Part shown: piece by piece, positions 8,801 to 17,811 of the stretch
How positions within the stretch are numbered: position 1 is the first letter of the stretch
Layout of the letters: every line of letters starts with the position of its first letter
Assembly: GCA_964470325.1 (NCBI GenBank)
Contig: CAYYBJ010000001.1
Span: 1-58,116, forward strand
Length of the DNA: 58,116 bases
From: an uncultured Candidatus Nitrosotenuis sp.
GTDB taxonomy: Archaea; Thermoproteota; Nitrososphaeria; Nitrososphaerales; Nitrosopumilaceae
Direction: 5' to 3'
Notes under the pieces: generated by a model
The model's input: the letters and a program-made list of their open reading frames with translations, nothing else
Told to the model about the DNA's origin: nothing
The model's database searches: none
Translations under genes and position numbers: made by a program

Positions 8801-9198
8801 GATCAATGCTTGACAAATTTGATATGCAAATCAGAAATGCCGAGCTCATTTCTGCCGTTGATACTACCGAAATAGTCACAAATGTAATCACGACACATCT
8901 GGTACCGGATATCATTGGAAACCTTAGGGCATATGGCAGGCAGAAATTCCGATGCACCTCTTGTGGTAGAAAATACCGAAGGACTCCATTACTGCAACAC
9001 TGCATTTGCGGTAACAACTTGATTCAGACCATAACTAGGCCCTCAATTGAGAAATATCTCAGGCTGGCAAAAAGGCTAGTAGAAAAATACGATGTCGGGC
9101 CATATCTTAAGGGAAGAATTGGGACACTAGAAGACGAGATTAATCTGGTCTTTGGGAAGAAAAGTGGCGACCAGCTGTTATTGACCGACTATAACTAG
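5824..9198 (+). CDS. polC: DNA polymerase D large subunit DP2
   Basis: GPMRSAGGT, GGFRLRYGR, KDGTVRFD, catalytic AKRRDADGD, Zn fingers; no intein. Confidence 0.97.
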   Translation: MSENAAISRIEGIPMPKNYLNYYSQISEQVYQIFEKAAEAKSTLVDSSGIVEPKIAFDLADRVAKMHDIDIAEPLRELLKTRGKELAALELSKSIALGQYLPEDTTLEQRLDNAVRVGLAIVTEGVTIAPLQGISSVTIKKNRDGTDYLSVSIAGPMRSAGGTESAVTMLIADHVRQTVGLAKYQANSFDDETGRFVEELRVYERDVGSFQYHVQDQDIIKVIANLPVELDGVDTDPNEVVNHKNMVRIKTDRVRGGALRVLNDGLIGRAKKLLKRIELYKLDGWDWLGEIKGAVQKGEEGDSAAKRLKEVIAGRSVLSMPNKIGGFRLRYGRACNTGFASVGIHPIVAEILNHTIAVGTQIKLDVPGKGATVAFVDSIDTPIVRLKNGNVVKIQNVEQGIRIKDDIARILYLGDILISFGDFLENNAQLIPSGYVEEFWLEELAQKIRQYEAKTELAEFLVKTPTLEEALEISLNFQIPLHPKYLFYWEQISPAELEVLLKPAKIEDETILYPMSTKAILEKIGVPHELREDSVVLRQMEADVFYQMLFSNPIQIDHTDSVPQILTKATGIRIRPKFSASIGVRIGRPEKAAARLMKPPVHTLFPIGDKGGSTRDLLKASNGSEFYCNIYNRICKNCNIPSVSINCPRCTNRTVIEHTCPLCRSILDSTFCQKCKKKVPTHSFKPFPLKERIVAAQEKIGVRVQEPFKGVMELINQDRIAEPLEKGLIRQSLDLTVFKDGTVRFDATNSPLTHFKPAWIGTSIAKLNELGYDTDIDGRPLTDPDQIIEIKMQDVIIPHESGKYLVQTCKYIDTELAKFYGKSSFYNVKNTDELIGHLVIGLAPHTSVGIVGRIIGYTETHVCFGTPNWHSAKRRDADGDADSIMLLMDALLNFSRQFLSDKIGGLMDAPLLVQPVVLPHESQPQAHNFEVTKKLPLEFFEDTISTKKASEVKSVEIIKSRLETERQFYDYHFTHTTSTLTTSRSRSAYSTLGSMLDKFDMQIRNAELISAVDTTEIVTNVITTHLVPDIIGNLRAYGRQKFRCTSCGRKYRRTPLLQHCICGNNLIQTITRPSIEKYLRLAKRLVEKYDVGPYLKGRIGTLEDEINLVFGKKSGDQLLLTDYN

Positions 9199-10517
9199 CG
9201 CAGCTTGACGTATTCGTAGGCGCCTAGCTTGTTATCAAAACAATAGTGGACCTTTTGGTAGTCCTTTCGGAATGATTTTACTTTGGCTACTAGTTTCTTT
9301 GGATCCTTTTTGTCAATTACTACAGTTTTGATGAATCCTGCAATCTCTTTCATCTCTGATGATTTCATGCCTAGCCTTGTTAATTCTGATACGCCCAACC
9401 TGATTCCGCCTGGGTGGAAATAGTTTCGGCCCGCCTTGATGTCGCCTGGAATTAACTGTCTATTTACGATGATGTTTGCCTTTTCTAGGTCAGCCTCTAC
9501 TTTGCCGCCGTCGGAATAATCCAAGACATTTACTGCAATTTGGTGCGACTTTGTATAACCTCGCTTTTCACCTAACACTTTGAATCCGGCATCTGATAGT
9601 GCATTAGCTAATGCCTTTGCGTTTTTGATCACATCTTTTGCGTATGCCTTACCAAACTCTAGTGCTTCTGCAAATGCAATTGCTTTAGCTGCCATGTGGT
9701 GAATGTGGTGACTAGATGTCAGGCCTGGGAAGGTCGCCTTTTTGATTGCCTCACCGTGTTGTTCTCCACCTAATACGAGGCCGCCTTGTGGACCAAACAA
9801 CGTCTTGTGGGTGCTCATTGTCATGGTGTCTGCTCCCTCGCGCAATGGATCTTGGAACTGGCCTCCTGCAATAAGTCCTGCAACGTGGGCTGCGTCATAA
9901 TTGATGTGAATGTTGTGTGATTTGAGATAATCTGATAATTCCTTGACTGGATGTGGGAATAGGAATAATGAGCCGCCAAACATTGCCATCTTGGGGAGTC
10001 GATTTGCTTTTTTTAACTCTTCAATTTTCTCTTTGGTCTTATCGACATCGATTGTCATCTCTTCGGCATCAAAGGGGTAAAACTCGATATCAAGGCCGTG
10101 AACTAGACCGGCTGTGCCAGAATGCTCCTTTTTGCCGTGTGAGATATGGCCTCCTGCCGGAATGGATGGTGCAATCATGACATCGCCTGGATTTGTAAAT
10201 GCTGAATAAACTGCTAGATTGGCAACCACACCTGAAATTGGCCGAACATCTGCGAATTTTGCGTGATATAGTTTTTTTGCCAAATCCATGCACTGGACTT
10301 CGACTTTGTCGATATACACACAGCCTGCGTAGACGCGCTCGCCTGGCCAGCCTTCGGCATACCTGTTTCCAAAGTCAGACAATAATGCCTCCTTTACTGC
10401 TGGGGATGGTACGTTTTCGCTGGCAATCAGGGGGATGGAATTCTCAAACCACTTGTTGTGCTCTATTAGATCGTCGAGAATTTTTTTGTATGAATTTCTG
10501 TATGTAGAGCCAGCCAT
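9195..10517 (-). CDS. glyA: Serine hydroxymethyltransferase
   Basis: LIASEN, RYAEG, GGHISH, STHKTLFGPQGG; likely ATG 10517. Confidence 0.95.
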   Translation of the reverse strand: MAGSTYRNSYKKILDDLIEHNKWFENSIPLIASENVPSPAVKEALLSDFGNRYAEGWPGERVYAGCVYIDKVEVQCMDLAKKLYHAKFADVRPISGVVANLAVYSAFTNPGDVMIAPSIPAGGHISHGKKEHSGTAGLVHGLDIEFYPFDAEEMTIDVDKTKEKIEELKKANRLPKMAMFGGSLFLFPHPVKELSDYLKSHNIHINYDAAHVAGLIAGGQFQDPLREGADTMTMSTHKTLFGPQGGLVLGGEQHGEAIKKATFPGLTSSHHIHHMAAKAIAFAEALEFGKAYAKDVIKNAKALANALSDAGFKVLGEKRGYTKSHQIAVNVLDYSDGGKVEADLEKANIIVNRQLIPGDIKAGRNYFHPGGIRLGVSELTRLGMKSSEMKEIAGFIKTVVIDKKDPKKLVAKVKSFRKDYQKVHYCFDNKLGAYEYVKLR

Positions 10518-10644
10518 GCCTTTTTGGAATTTGTGTCCCAATTTAAAAACAGCGATTGGTTTTGGGGAGAAAAATTCCTGATCGCTGTTTTGGTGCAATA
10601 CTGCAAACAAGGTATAAAAAGGGAAAAATTGGAATGGTGATCGA

Positions 10645-12357
10645 ATGAGCGTTCAAGTACCAAAAGGGAACATGCCAATAGTTTTACTAAAAGAAGGCTC
10701 GACTGAAAACAAAGGTCGCGAAGCCCAGAAAAATAACATTGCAGCAGCAAAAATTATCGCAGAAATAGTCCACTCTAGCCTAGGTCCAAGAGGAATGGAC
10801 AAAATGCTAGTTGATTCTCTAGGCGATGTCACCATTACTAATGACGGCGCCACCATACTCAAGGAAATTGATGTCCAGCACCCGGCAGCAAAAATGCTAG
10901 TTGAAATCTCTAAAACGACTGACAGTGAAGTAGGGGACGGCACAACCTCTGCAGTTATTCTGGCAGGTGCCCTACTAGAAAATGCCGAGTCTTTGATTAA
11001 CCAAGATGTTCACCCAACCGTCATAGTTGATGGATACAGAAAAGCGCAGAAAAAGGCTCTACACTTTCTTAAGGAAATTGCCGAAGAGGTAACTGCAAAC
11101 GACAAGTCAATTCTAACAAAAATTGCAAAGACATCCATGCAGACAAAACTAGTCAAAAAAGAGTCTGATCATCTAGCTGAACTAATTGTAAAGGCAGTAG
11201 TCTCTGTTGCGGAAAAAGACGCCGGCAACTTTACAGTTGATGAGGACGACATTAAGGTGGAGAAAAAGGCAGGCGGCTCTATGAAGGACTCGTTAATTGT
11301 CGAGGGAATTGTACTTGACAAGGAAGTAGTTCACGGCGGAATGCCAAAGAAGATTGCCGAGGCAAAAATTGCACTAATCAACACTGCACTAGAAATTGAC
11401 AAGACTGAATTTGATGCAAAGATAAACATCTCAAATCCTCAACAAATGAAGACATTCCTAGATGAGGAAAATAGAATGCTCAAAAACATGGTTGACAAAA
11501 TAATTGGCTCTGGCGCAAATGTTTTGCTCTGCCAAAAAGGAATTGATGATATGGCTCAGCATTATTTGGCCCGAGCAGGAATAATTGCAGTTAGACGAGT
11601 AAAGGAATCCGACATGACCAAACTTGCAAAAGCAACTGGCGCAAGAATTGTAACTAATCTTGATGATCTATTTGAAAAAGACCTTGGCGCTGCAAGCCTA
11701 GTTGAAGAGCGCAAAATAGAAGAGGACAGATGGGTTTTCGTCGAAGGATGCAAGAATCCAAAATCTGTAACACTATTGCTTCGAGGCGGCTCGCAGCGAG
11801 TAGTTGATGAAGTGGAAAGATCAGTTCATGATGCATTAATGGTAGTAAAGGATGTAATGCAAAACCCATCAATTGTTGCAGGCGGGGGAGCACCAGAGAC
11901 ATTTGCTGCAACCAGACTCCGTAACTGGGCAAAATCCCTAGAAGGAAGAGAGCAGCTGGCAGTTGAGAAATTTGCAGACTCGCTAGAGGCAATCCCATTA
12001 ACACTATCTGAGAATGCTGGAATGGACCCAATTGACACACTAACCAATCTTAGAGCAAAGCAACTCAAGGGCGAGAAATGGACCGGCGTTGATGTAATGA
12101 AGGCAAAGGTTGGCAACATGAAATCCAGTGAAATAATCGAACCACTAGCAGTCAAAAACCAGATTGTTTCTGCAGCAACAGAGGCTGCATGTATGATACT
12201 TAGAATTGATGATGTTATTGCCGTCGCCAAATCTGCCGGACCACCAGGAGGAGATATGGGTGGAATGGGTGGCATGCCTGGAATGGGTGGCATGCCTGGA
12301 ATGGGTGGCATGCCTGGAATGGGTGGAGGCATGGGCGACATGGGCATGGACATGTAA
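10645..12357 (+). CDS. thsB: Thermosome (group II chaperonin) subunit; alpha/beta assignment uncertain
   Basis: LGPRGMDKM, TNDGATIL, GDGTTS; Gly/Met-rich C-terminal tail. Confidence 0.92.
   Translation: MSVQVPKGNMPIVLLKEGSTENKGREAQKNNIAAAKIIAEIVHSSLGPRGMDKMLVDSLGDVTITNDGATILKEIDVQHPAAKMLVEISKTTDSEVGDGTTSAVILAGALLENAESLINQDVHPTVIVDGYRKAQKKALHFLKEIAEEVTANDKSILTKIAKTSMQTKLVKKESDHLAELIVKAVVSVAEKDAGNFTVDEDDIKVEKKAGGSMKDSLIVEGIVLDKEVVHGGMPKKIAEAKIALINTALEIDKTEFDAKINISNPQQMKTFLDEENRMLKNMVDKIIGSGANVLLCQKGIDDMAQHYLARAGIIAVRRVKESDMTKLAKATGARIVTNLDDLFEKDLGAASLVEERKIEEDRWVFVEGCKNPKSVTLLLRGGSQRVVDEVERSVHDALMVVKDVMQNPSIVAGGGAPETFAATRLRNWAKSLEGREQLAVEKFADSLEAIPLTLSENAGMDPIDTLTNLRAKQLKGEKWTGVDVMKAKVGNMKSSEIIEPLAVKNQIVSAATEAACMILRIDDVIAVAKSAGPPGGDMGGMGGMPGMGGMPGMGGMPGMGGGMGDMGMDM
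12262..12326 (+). repeat. 18-bp coding tandem repeat (GGAATGGGTGGCATGCCT x3 plus a partial copy) encoding GMGGMP
   Basis: Directly visible perfect tandem copies. Confidence 0.9.
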
Positions 12358-12399
12358 TCCATCAAACGTTTATTTGCTAATTATTTTTACAAAAAACCA

Positions 12400-12681
12400 T
12401 TGGCCGGCGCAACCAAGATCTTAACATCTGTCAAATACGTATATCTGATTGTATTCTTTGCGCTATTATCTGGCGTTTTCTATCCGTTCATCCAGGGTGG
12501 AACACTTGACTATGCAATTTATGGTGTGATTGTTTTGTTTGTGGGCCTAGCCGGCACTATAATGATCTACAAAGCAGCAACGTCGGACAAAAAACGCGGA
12601 TTCTACATTGGTATTGGATTTGGCCTAGTTGCAATTTCATTGTACTATATTTTGCAGCTTACTGGCAAACCGCTAGCCTAG
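12400..12681 (+). CDS. Small hypothetical membrane protein (3 TM)
   Basis: Three hydrophobic segments; TTG start. Confidence 0.75.
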   Translation: MAGATKILTSVKYVYLIVFFALLSGVFYPFIQGGTLDYAIYGVIVLFVGLAGTIMIYKAATSDKKRGFYIGIGFGLVAISLYYILQLTGKPLA

Positions 12682-14138
12682 ACATCAAAGTACAGGTAAA
12701 ACTCGTGCGGATGTGGACGAATTGATATCTCTCTATGATCCTTTCTACCCAATTCAATAATTTTGTCAATTACATCATTAGAGTAAATTGGGTTGAGGAA
12801 TTTTCTGTCACTTTCCAGCTCGTCAATTGCCTCGCCTAGATTTGCTGGGACAGTCTTGATTCCGTGCTTTGCACGCTCTTCTTTTGTCATGTGGTAAATG
12901 TTTTCTAGGACTGGGTCTCCTGGGTCTGTCTTTTTCTTGATTCCATCTAAGCCTGCAGCCAACACTGCTGAAAATACCAAATATGGGTTAGATGATGGGT
13001 CTGGTGCGCGATACTCGAATCGTTTTAGATAGGCGTACTTTTCTCCTCGGAAATGTTCTGGTACACGAATAGCGGCTGATCTGTTAGAGGGGCTCCATGC
13101 AATATACACTGGTGCCTCATAGCCTGGGACCAGCCTGTGATATGAGTTTGTAGTTGGATTTGTAATAGCACAGAGCGCTCTTGCGTGACTTAGAATTCCT
13201 CCGCAGAAATATCTACCAACCTGACTGATCTCGTTTTTGTCGTCCTTGTCGTAGAAGGAATTCTTGCCATCCTTCCAAAGGCTGACGTTTGTGTGCATTC
13301 CAGAACCTGCATCCATTGAGATTGGTTTTGGCATCATTGTAGCTACTTTACCAAACTTTTGCGCAATGTTCTTGACGACATACTTGTAGGTCTGTGCACC
13401 ATCTGCAGCATTTGTCATGTAATCATATTTTATGTCGATTTCGCATTGGCCTGCAGTAGCTACTTCGTGGTGGTGATTGTCACACAGAATGCCAAAGTGC
13501 TCATTTAGAACATCAACGCACTCGTTTCTAAATTCGGTTAATGTGTCAGATGGTGTGCTTGGATAGTAGCCTTCTTGAAGTCCCATTGGATAACCGGTTC
13601 CTTCCTGGCTCCATGGTGCTTCTTTTGATTCAATGGAATAAGACTGGCCCTTGTATGGAGTCAGAACATCCCATTGGACCTTGTCAAATACGAAAAACTC
13701 TACTTCTGGGCCCCAATAGCTGAAATCAAAGCCCTGTGTCTTGAGATATTCCTCTGCCCTTTGCGCAATTCCTCTTGGGTCACGTTCCAGTCTTCCTCTA
13801 CCCCTGCCCCAATAGACATCACAGATCAGTCTTGCTGTCTTTTTTTCAGTGACCCAGGGAATTATGGCAAATGTGTTTGGGTCTGGCTTGAGAACTAGGT
13901 CGGAATCATCAACACTGGTAAAGCCAACAATTGAAGATCCGTCGAGCTTTGGCAAGCCGTCCTTCATTTGGTCTGGAGTAAATGTATCTGCAGAAATTGT
14001 TGTGTGGTGGTATCTGCCCACAAGACTGGAAAATTGTAAATCTATGAATCTAATGTTTTCGTGTTTTATTTTTGCAAAAACTTCGTCAGGAGAATATTTG
14101 ATTTGAGTTGTTTCGCCGTGAATTACTTTATATGGCAA
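12678..14138 (-). CDS. glnA: Glutamine synthetase type I
   Basis: DGSSI, GPEVEFF, HHHEVA, GSGMHT, RLVPGYEAP, NRSAAIRVP, EYRAPD. Confidence 0.97.
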   Translation of the reverse strand: MPYKVIHGETTQIKYSPDEVFAKIKHENIRFIDLQFSSLVGRYHHTTISADTFTPDQMKDGLPKLDGSSIVGFTSVDDSDLVLKPDPNTFAIIPWVTEKKTARLICDVYWGRGRGRLERDPRGIAQRAEEYLKTQGFDFSYWGPEVEFFVFDKVQWDVLTPYKGQSYSIESKEAPWSQEGTGYPMGLQEGYYPSTPSDTLTEFRNECVDVLNEHFGILCDNHHHEVATAGQCEIDIKYDYMTNAADGAQTYKYVVKNIAQKFGKVATMMPKPISMDAGSGMHTNVSLWKDGKNSFYDKDDKNEISQVGRYFCGGILSHARALCAITNPTTNSYHRLVPGYEAPVYIAWSPSNRSAAIRVPEHFRGEKYAYLKRFEYRAPDPSSNPYLVFSAVLAAGLDGIKKKTDPGDPVLENIYHMTKEERAKHGIKTVPANLGEAIDELESDRKFLNPIYSNDVIDKIIELGRKDHREISIRPHPHEFYLYFDV

Positions 14139-14195
14139 GTTTGTCCCTTCAGACTTAAATCGGATAAGCCTTGGATTTAAGGATTCGGTGCCACT

Positions 14196-14747
14196 ATGTC
14201 GGAAACAAAAAAAATTGATCTAAACTTGTTGTACTCTACTCTAGTTAGAGAAGTTGAAAATGATACAGTACAGGAAATCGACTCACAGTTTTATCGTAAC
14301 TTGTCTGAATATCTTGGCAAGCTAAAAAGCGAGTCATATGATGGAATTGAAAGCAAGATCAAGAATCGACTAGTTGAGATGATTACAAAGACTGTCACGC
14401 TTTTGATCAAGACTCGAATTAGCAAGGTAAACCATGGCGGCCTAGATCTGACTAATCTGCTAGATGAGGAAAAATACATCATTGAATCGGCGCAGGACCA
14501 GCTGGAGAGAAAAGAGATGATTCTGTCTGCCACACTAAACGGCAGGACCAAACTTTTAGAATCTGTGTCAAAAAAGCACAAGACCAAGCCGGTCTCTGTG
14601 CGATTCCTCAGGGACTTTGATCAGTTTGTGGGCGCGGATTTTACCAAATATGGGCCATATAAGGCAGAAGAGATTGCCACCATTCCAAATGAGAACGCTC
14701 AGGCACTCGTTGCCAAAAACATCACAGTCAAGATAAGTGTGGACTAA
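14196..14747 (+). CDS. DNA replication GINS complex subunit (Gins51-like)
   Basis: Helical A domain plus C-terminal B domain VRFLRDFDQFVGAD..YGPYKAEEIATIP. Confidence 0.8.
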   Translation: MSETKKIDLNLLYSTLVREVENDTVQEIDSQFYRNLSEYLGKLKSESYDGIESKIKNRLVEMITKTVTLLIKTRISKVNHGGLDLTNLLDEEKYIIESAQDQLERKEMILSATLNGRTKLLESVSKKHKTKPVSVRFLRDFDQFVGADFTKYGPYKAEEIATIPNENAQALVAKNITVKISVD

Positions 14748-15022
14748 TGTCGCACCTCAACGTAGATGTCATTGACTTTGTCTTATTGACTGTGTATCCG
14801 GTAGCTGCTCTGTTTGCAGTAGAGATGGCATTCCGGGTAATCAAGCTCAAAAACTGGATAAAGCTTGCAACACAGGCTGTGGTATCCATTGGATTTGGAA
14901 TTGCGTACCTTACTTTGATTACTGCCCATTGGATGACGGCATTTGTTCTCTTTGCACTGGCAGCTGCTTTGTTGTATCAGGCAAGACTAGCCAAGATAAA
15001 GCCGGGCAAGTCGATATACTAG
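14747..15022 (+). CDS. Small hypothetical membrane protein
   Basis: Three hydrophobic helices; start overlaps the GINS stop. Confidence 0.7.
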   Translation: MSHLNVDVIDFVLLTVYPVAALFAVEMAFRVIKLKNWIKLATQAVVSIGFGIAYLTLITAHWMTAFVLFALAAALLYQARLAKIKPGKSIY

Positions 15023-15089
15023 ACAACTTTTGGTATATCATAACTATGCAGAACTAAGCAGTTTTTTTGGATACCAATATGATGCAACA

Positions 15090-15296
15090 TTATCTTCCAA
15101 ACATTCTAGAGAAAAATCCCTTTTTCTGGCGAATTACCTTTTTTTCGCCAAAACGCTTTGCGCGAATCGAACTCAATTTGACACACCTATGCTCTTCTGG
15201 TAGCCGGTGCTCTGAGCAGAACTCATCCCTGCAGTAATTGCACTCAAAGGGCAGATCCGTTTCGTTTCCGCAATAAGCGCAATTTACTTTCTTCAT
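15090..15296 (-). CDS. AN1-type zinc finger protein
   Basis: CAYCG..PFECNYCRDEFCSEHRLPEEHRC. Confidence 0.88.
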   Translation of the reverse strand: MKKVNCAYCGNETDLPFECNYCRDEFCSEHRLPEEHRCVKLSSIRAKRFGEKKVIRQKKGFFSRMFGR

Positions 15297-15344
15297 GGAT
15301 TTTGTATCGCAGAACTTCTAATAAACTAAAAACATAAAACAATC

Positions 15345-16103
15345 ATGCATGAGAAAAATACCATGCTAACTGGCAAAGTTGCAATGATCACTGGTGCATC
15401 AAGCGGAATAGGCGAGGCAACGGCATTAACACTATCCAAGGCGGGCGCCAAAGTTGCAATTGGTGCCAGGCGAACCGACAGACTAGAGGCGCTAAAATCC
15501 CAAATAGAGAAAAACGGCGGCGAGGTCTTTATGCAAAAACTGGATGTGACAAAAAAGGCTGAATGTGATTCTTTTGTGGAAGGCGTTGTAAAAAAATGGG
15601 GGACTGTGGATATTTTAGTGAATAATGCAGGCTTGATGCCACTTAGCTTTTTCAAAAATTTGAAGGTCTCTGAATGGGACCAAATGATTGATGTCAACAT
15701 CAAGGGCGTGCTGTACTGCACTGGCGCCGTAATTCCGCACCTTTCTGCCAAAAAATCTGGTCATATTGTCAATATTTCATCGGTTGCAGGCAGAATTGTG
15801 TTTCCTGCAGGCTCGGTTTATTGTGCTACCAAGCATGCGGTTGCAGCATTTTCTGAAGGTCTGCGACAAGAGTTTAGTGTCAGATCAAACATTCGGGTTA
15901 CTTGCATTGAACCTGGAGTTGTTGCAACGGAACTAAACAATACCATTACTGACCAGTCATTACAGGGGTTCTTGGAGGCAACAAAGAAAATGGTTGCATT
16001 AGAGGCACAAGACATTGCAAATGCCATACTGTTTGCAGTAGAATCACCACCGCACATGAACGTAAACGAAATTTTAATTCGTCCAACAACGCAAGAACGC
16101 TAG
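15345..16103 (+). CDS. SDR family oxidoreductase
   Basis: TGASSGIG, NNAG, YCATK. Confidence 0.93.
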   Translation: MHEKNTMLTGKVAMITGASSGIGEATALTLSKAGAKVAIGARRTDRLEALKSQIEKNGGEVFMQKLDVTKKAECDSFVEGVVKKWGTVDILVNNAGLMPLSFFKNLKVSEWDQMIDVNIKGVLYCTGAVIPHLSAKKSGHIVNISSVAGRIVFPAGSVYCATKHAVAAFSEGLRQEFSVRSNIRVTCIEPGVVATELNNTITDQSLQGFLEATKKMVALEAQDIANAILFAVESPPHMNVNEILIRPTTQER

Positions 16104-17237
16104 ATGCAAAAAATTCTGATCTTGGGTGGTGGGTTTGGAGGACTAGCAGCTGCCAATGAACTACGCAGTAATTTGCCAGATGTTTCCATTACCATAGTAG
16201 ACAAAAAAGACTACTTCATGATGGATTTGGTCAAGCTTTGGATCATCAAGGGTGTTCGCACATTTGAGAAATCCAAAAAACCGCTACAAAACATTACAAA
16301 AAAGGGAATCGAGTTCGTAAATGAATCTATAACACACATTGACTTTAAGACAAAAAAAGTAATGACTACCACCAAGGAATTATCATATGATTATCTGATT
16401 GTTGCACTAGGCGTAGATCTCGCACCAGAGAAAATTTCTGGTCTGACTGAAAACGGCTTTGTTCTGTATGATCTGGAGCATGGGCCAAAAATCCGAGAGA
16501 AAATTACACAAATGAAATCTGGCAAGCTTGGTTTTGCTATTACTGGAATGCCGTACAAATGTCCACCAGCTCCATTCGAGGCCGCATTAATCATAGATTC
16601 AATGCTAAAGGAGCAAGGAGTTCGTGATAAAATTGAAATTGACTTTTACAGCCCTGCGCCAATTACATTGCCTGCAGCTGGGCCTGAAGTTAGTAATCAG
16701 TTGTTGCAAATGTTGCAAAAAGAAAACATTCAATTCCATGGGAATAGCAAAATTACATCTGTAGAGAAAAATTCCATAAAATTCGAAGATGGCAGCTCTG
16801 CCAACTTTGATGTCTTGATTGCCATACCACCACACAGAGCACCAAAAGTGGTGTATGAATGTGGACTAGCTCAAGAGGGTGGATATGTCCCTGTAAAGCG
16901 AGACTGCAGAACTTCCATTGATTCTGTTTATGCCATAGGTGATGTCACAACCATGATGGTTACAGACAAAATTACCGTGCCAAAGGCAGGAATCTTTGCG
17001 GAGGGACAGGGAGTTGCAGTTGCACGAGACATCATATCCAAAATGCGACGGAAAGAGAATTCCGATATGTTTGATGGTAAAGGCGGATGCTTTGTAGAGA
17101 TGGGCAACACTGCGGGCTATGTCTATGTGGACATGTTTGCAGACCCAAACCCCATTACACGACTGGATGAGCCTGCGCCAGAACACATGATTGAAAAGGA
17201 AAAGTTTGAGCAAGAAAGAATTGCAAAATGGCTATGA
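16104..17237 (+). CDS. FAD-dependent oxidoreductase, sulfide:quinone oxidoreductase-like
   Basis: GGGFGG, YKCPPAPFE, AIGDV, PKAG, GCFVEMG. Confidence 0.8.
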   Translation: MQKILILGGGFGGLAAANELRSNLPDVSITIVDKKDYFMMDLVKLWIIKGVRTFEKSKKPLQNITKKGIEFVNESITHIDFKTKKVMTTTKELSYDYLIVALGVDLAPEKISGLTENGFVLYDLEHGPKIREKITQMKSGKLGFAITGMPYKCPPAPFEAALIIDSMLKEQGVRDKIEIDFYSPAPITLPAAGPEVSNQLLQMLQKENIQFHGNSKITSVEKNSIKFEDGSSANFDVLIAIPPHRAPKVVYECGLAQEGGYVPVKRDCRTSIDSVYAIGDVTTMMVTDKITVPKAGIFAEGQGVAVARDIISKMRRKENSDMFDGKGGCFVEMGNTAGYVYVDMFADPNPITRLDEPAPEHMIEKEKFEQERIAKWL

Positions 17238-17438
17238 TTCCTTTTTGTCTTTACTCATGTGGCCCATCAGTGCCTTAAGATCAGACGAGATGTCATCTGC
17301 GTTTTTCATATAGTCTAGCTTTTCTGTGATGTTTTTTTTGAAGTCTTCTGCCTCTGTTTCTATTCGCAGTTTTTCTTGGCAGTGAATGTGGTCTTCACCC
17401 GTGCCAGAGATTTTACGGCAAATAGAGCAGATCTTCAT
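17232..17438 (-). CDS. Small hypothetical protein with CxxC..HxxC
   Basis: MKICSICRK..DHIHC; TATA-like sequence upstream. Confidence 0.65.
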   Translation of the reverse strand: MKICSICRKISGTGEDHIHCQEKLRIETEAEDFKKNITEKLDYMKNADDISSDLKALMGHMSKDKKES

Positions 17439-17491
17439 GGGATTTGTATAACATCACGATTTAATAATTTCACGTCTAGCTTGGCTTCTTA

Positions 17492-17566
17492 GGGGCCGTA
17501 GTCCAGCTTGGTTAAGATGCTAGCCTGGGGTGCTAGAGATCGTGAGTTCAAATCTCACCGGCCCCA
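17492..17566 (+). tRNA. tRNA-Pro(GGG)
   Basis: Acceptor GGGGCCG/CGGCCCC, anticodon arm CTAGC-CTGGGGT-GCTAG, T loop TTCAAAT. Confidence 0.95.
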
Positions 17567-17811
17567 TCTTACTAAAAATTGCAAAAAATCGAGGATCTGC
17601 ATCCTTTTCCCAATCAATCTGCCCCCATTTTACGCACAAACCATACCTGACCGGGGGGGAGATGATCATTGTAAAAATTTCAATTTTCTATCTGGTGCGT
17701 CCAAATTGAACAGCATGCTGGATAATACGGAGACAGTCCATACCATAATAGGCGTTTGAGGTTGTCGCCAACGTACCAGCCGTAGTTGACCTTAAGCCTT
17801 GGATGCCTGTT

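Noticed and set aside
5824-9198. Intein in DP2 (or in Cdc6/Cdc48)
   Set aside because: Normal lengths; no intein splice-junction or LAGLIDADG motifs seen
11826-12365. 179-aa Pro/Met-rich antisense ORF
   Set aside because: Mirror of the thermosome GGM tail
17508-17759. 83-aa ORF
   Set aside because: Starts inside tRNA-Pro and has no protein-like features
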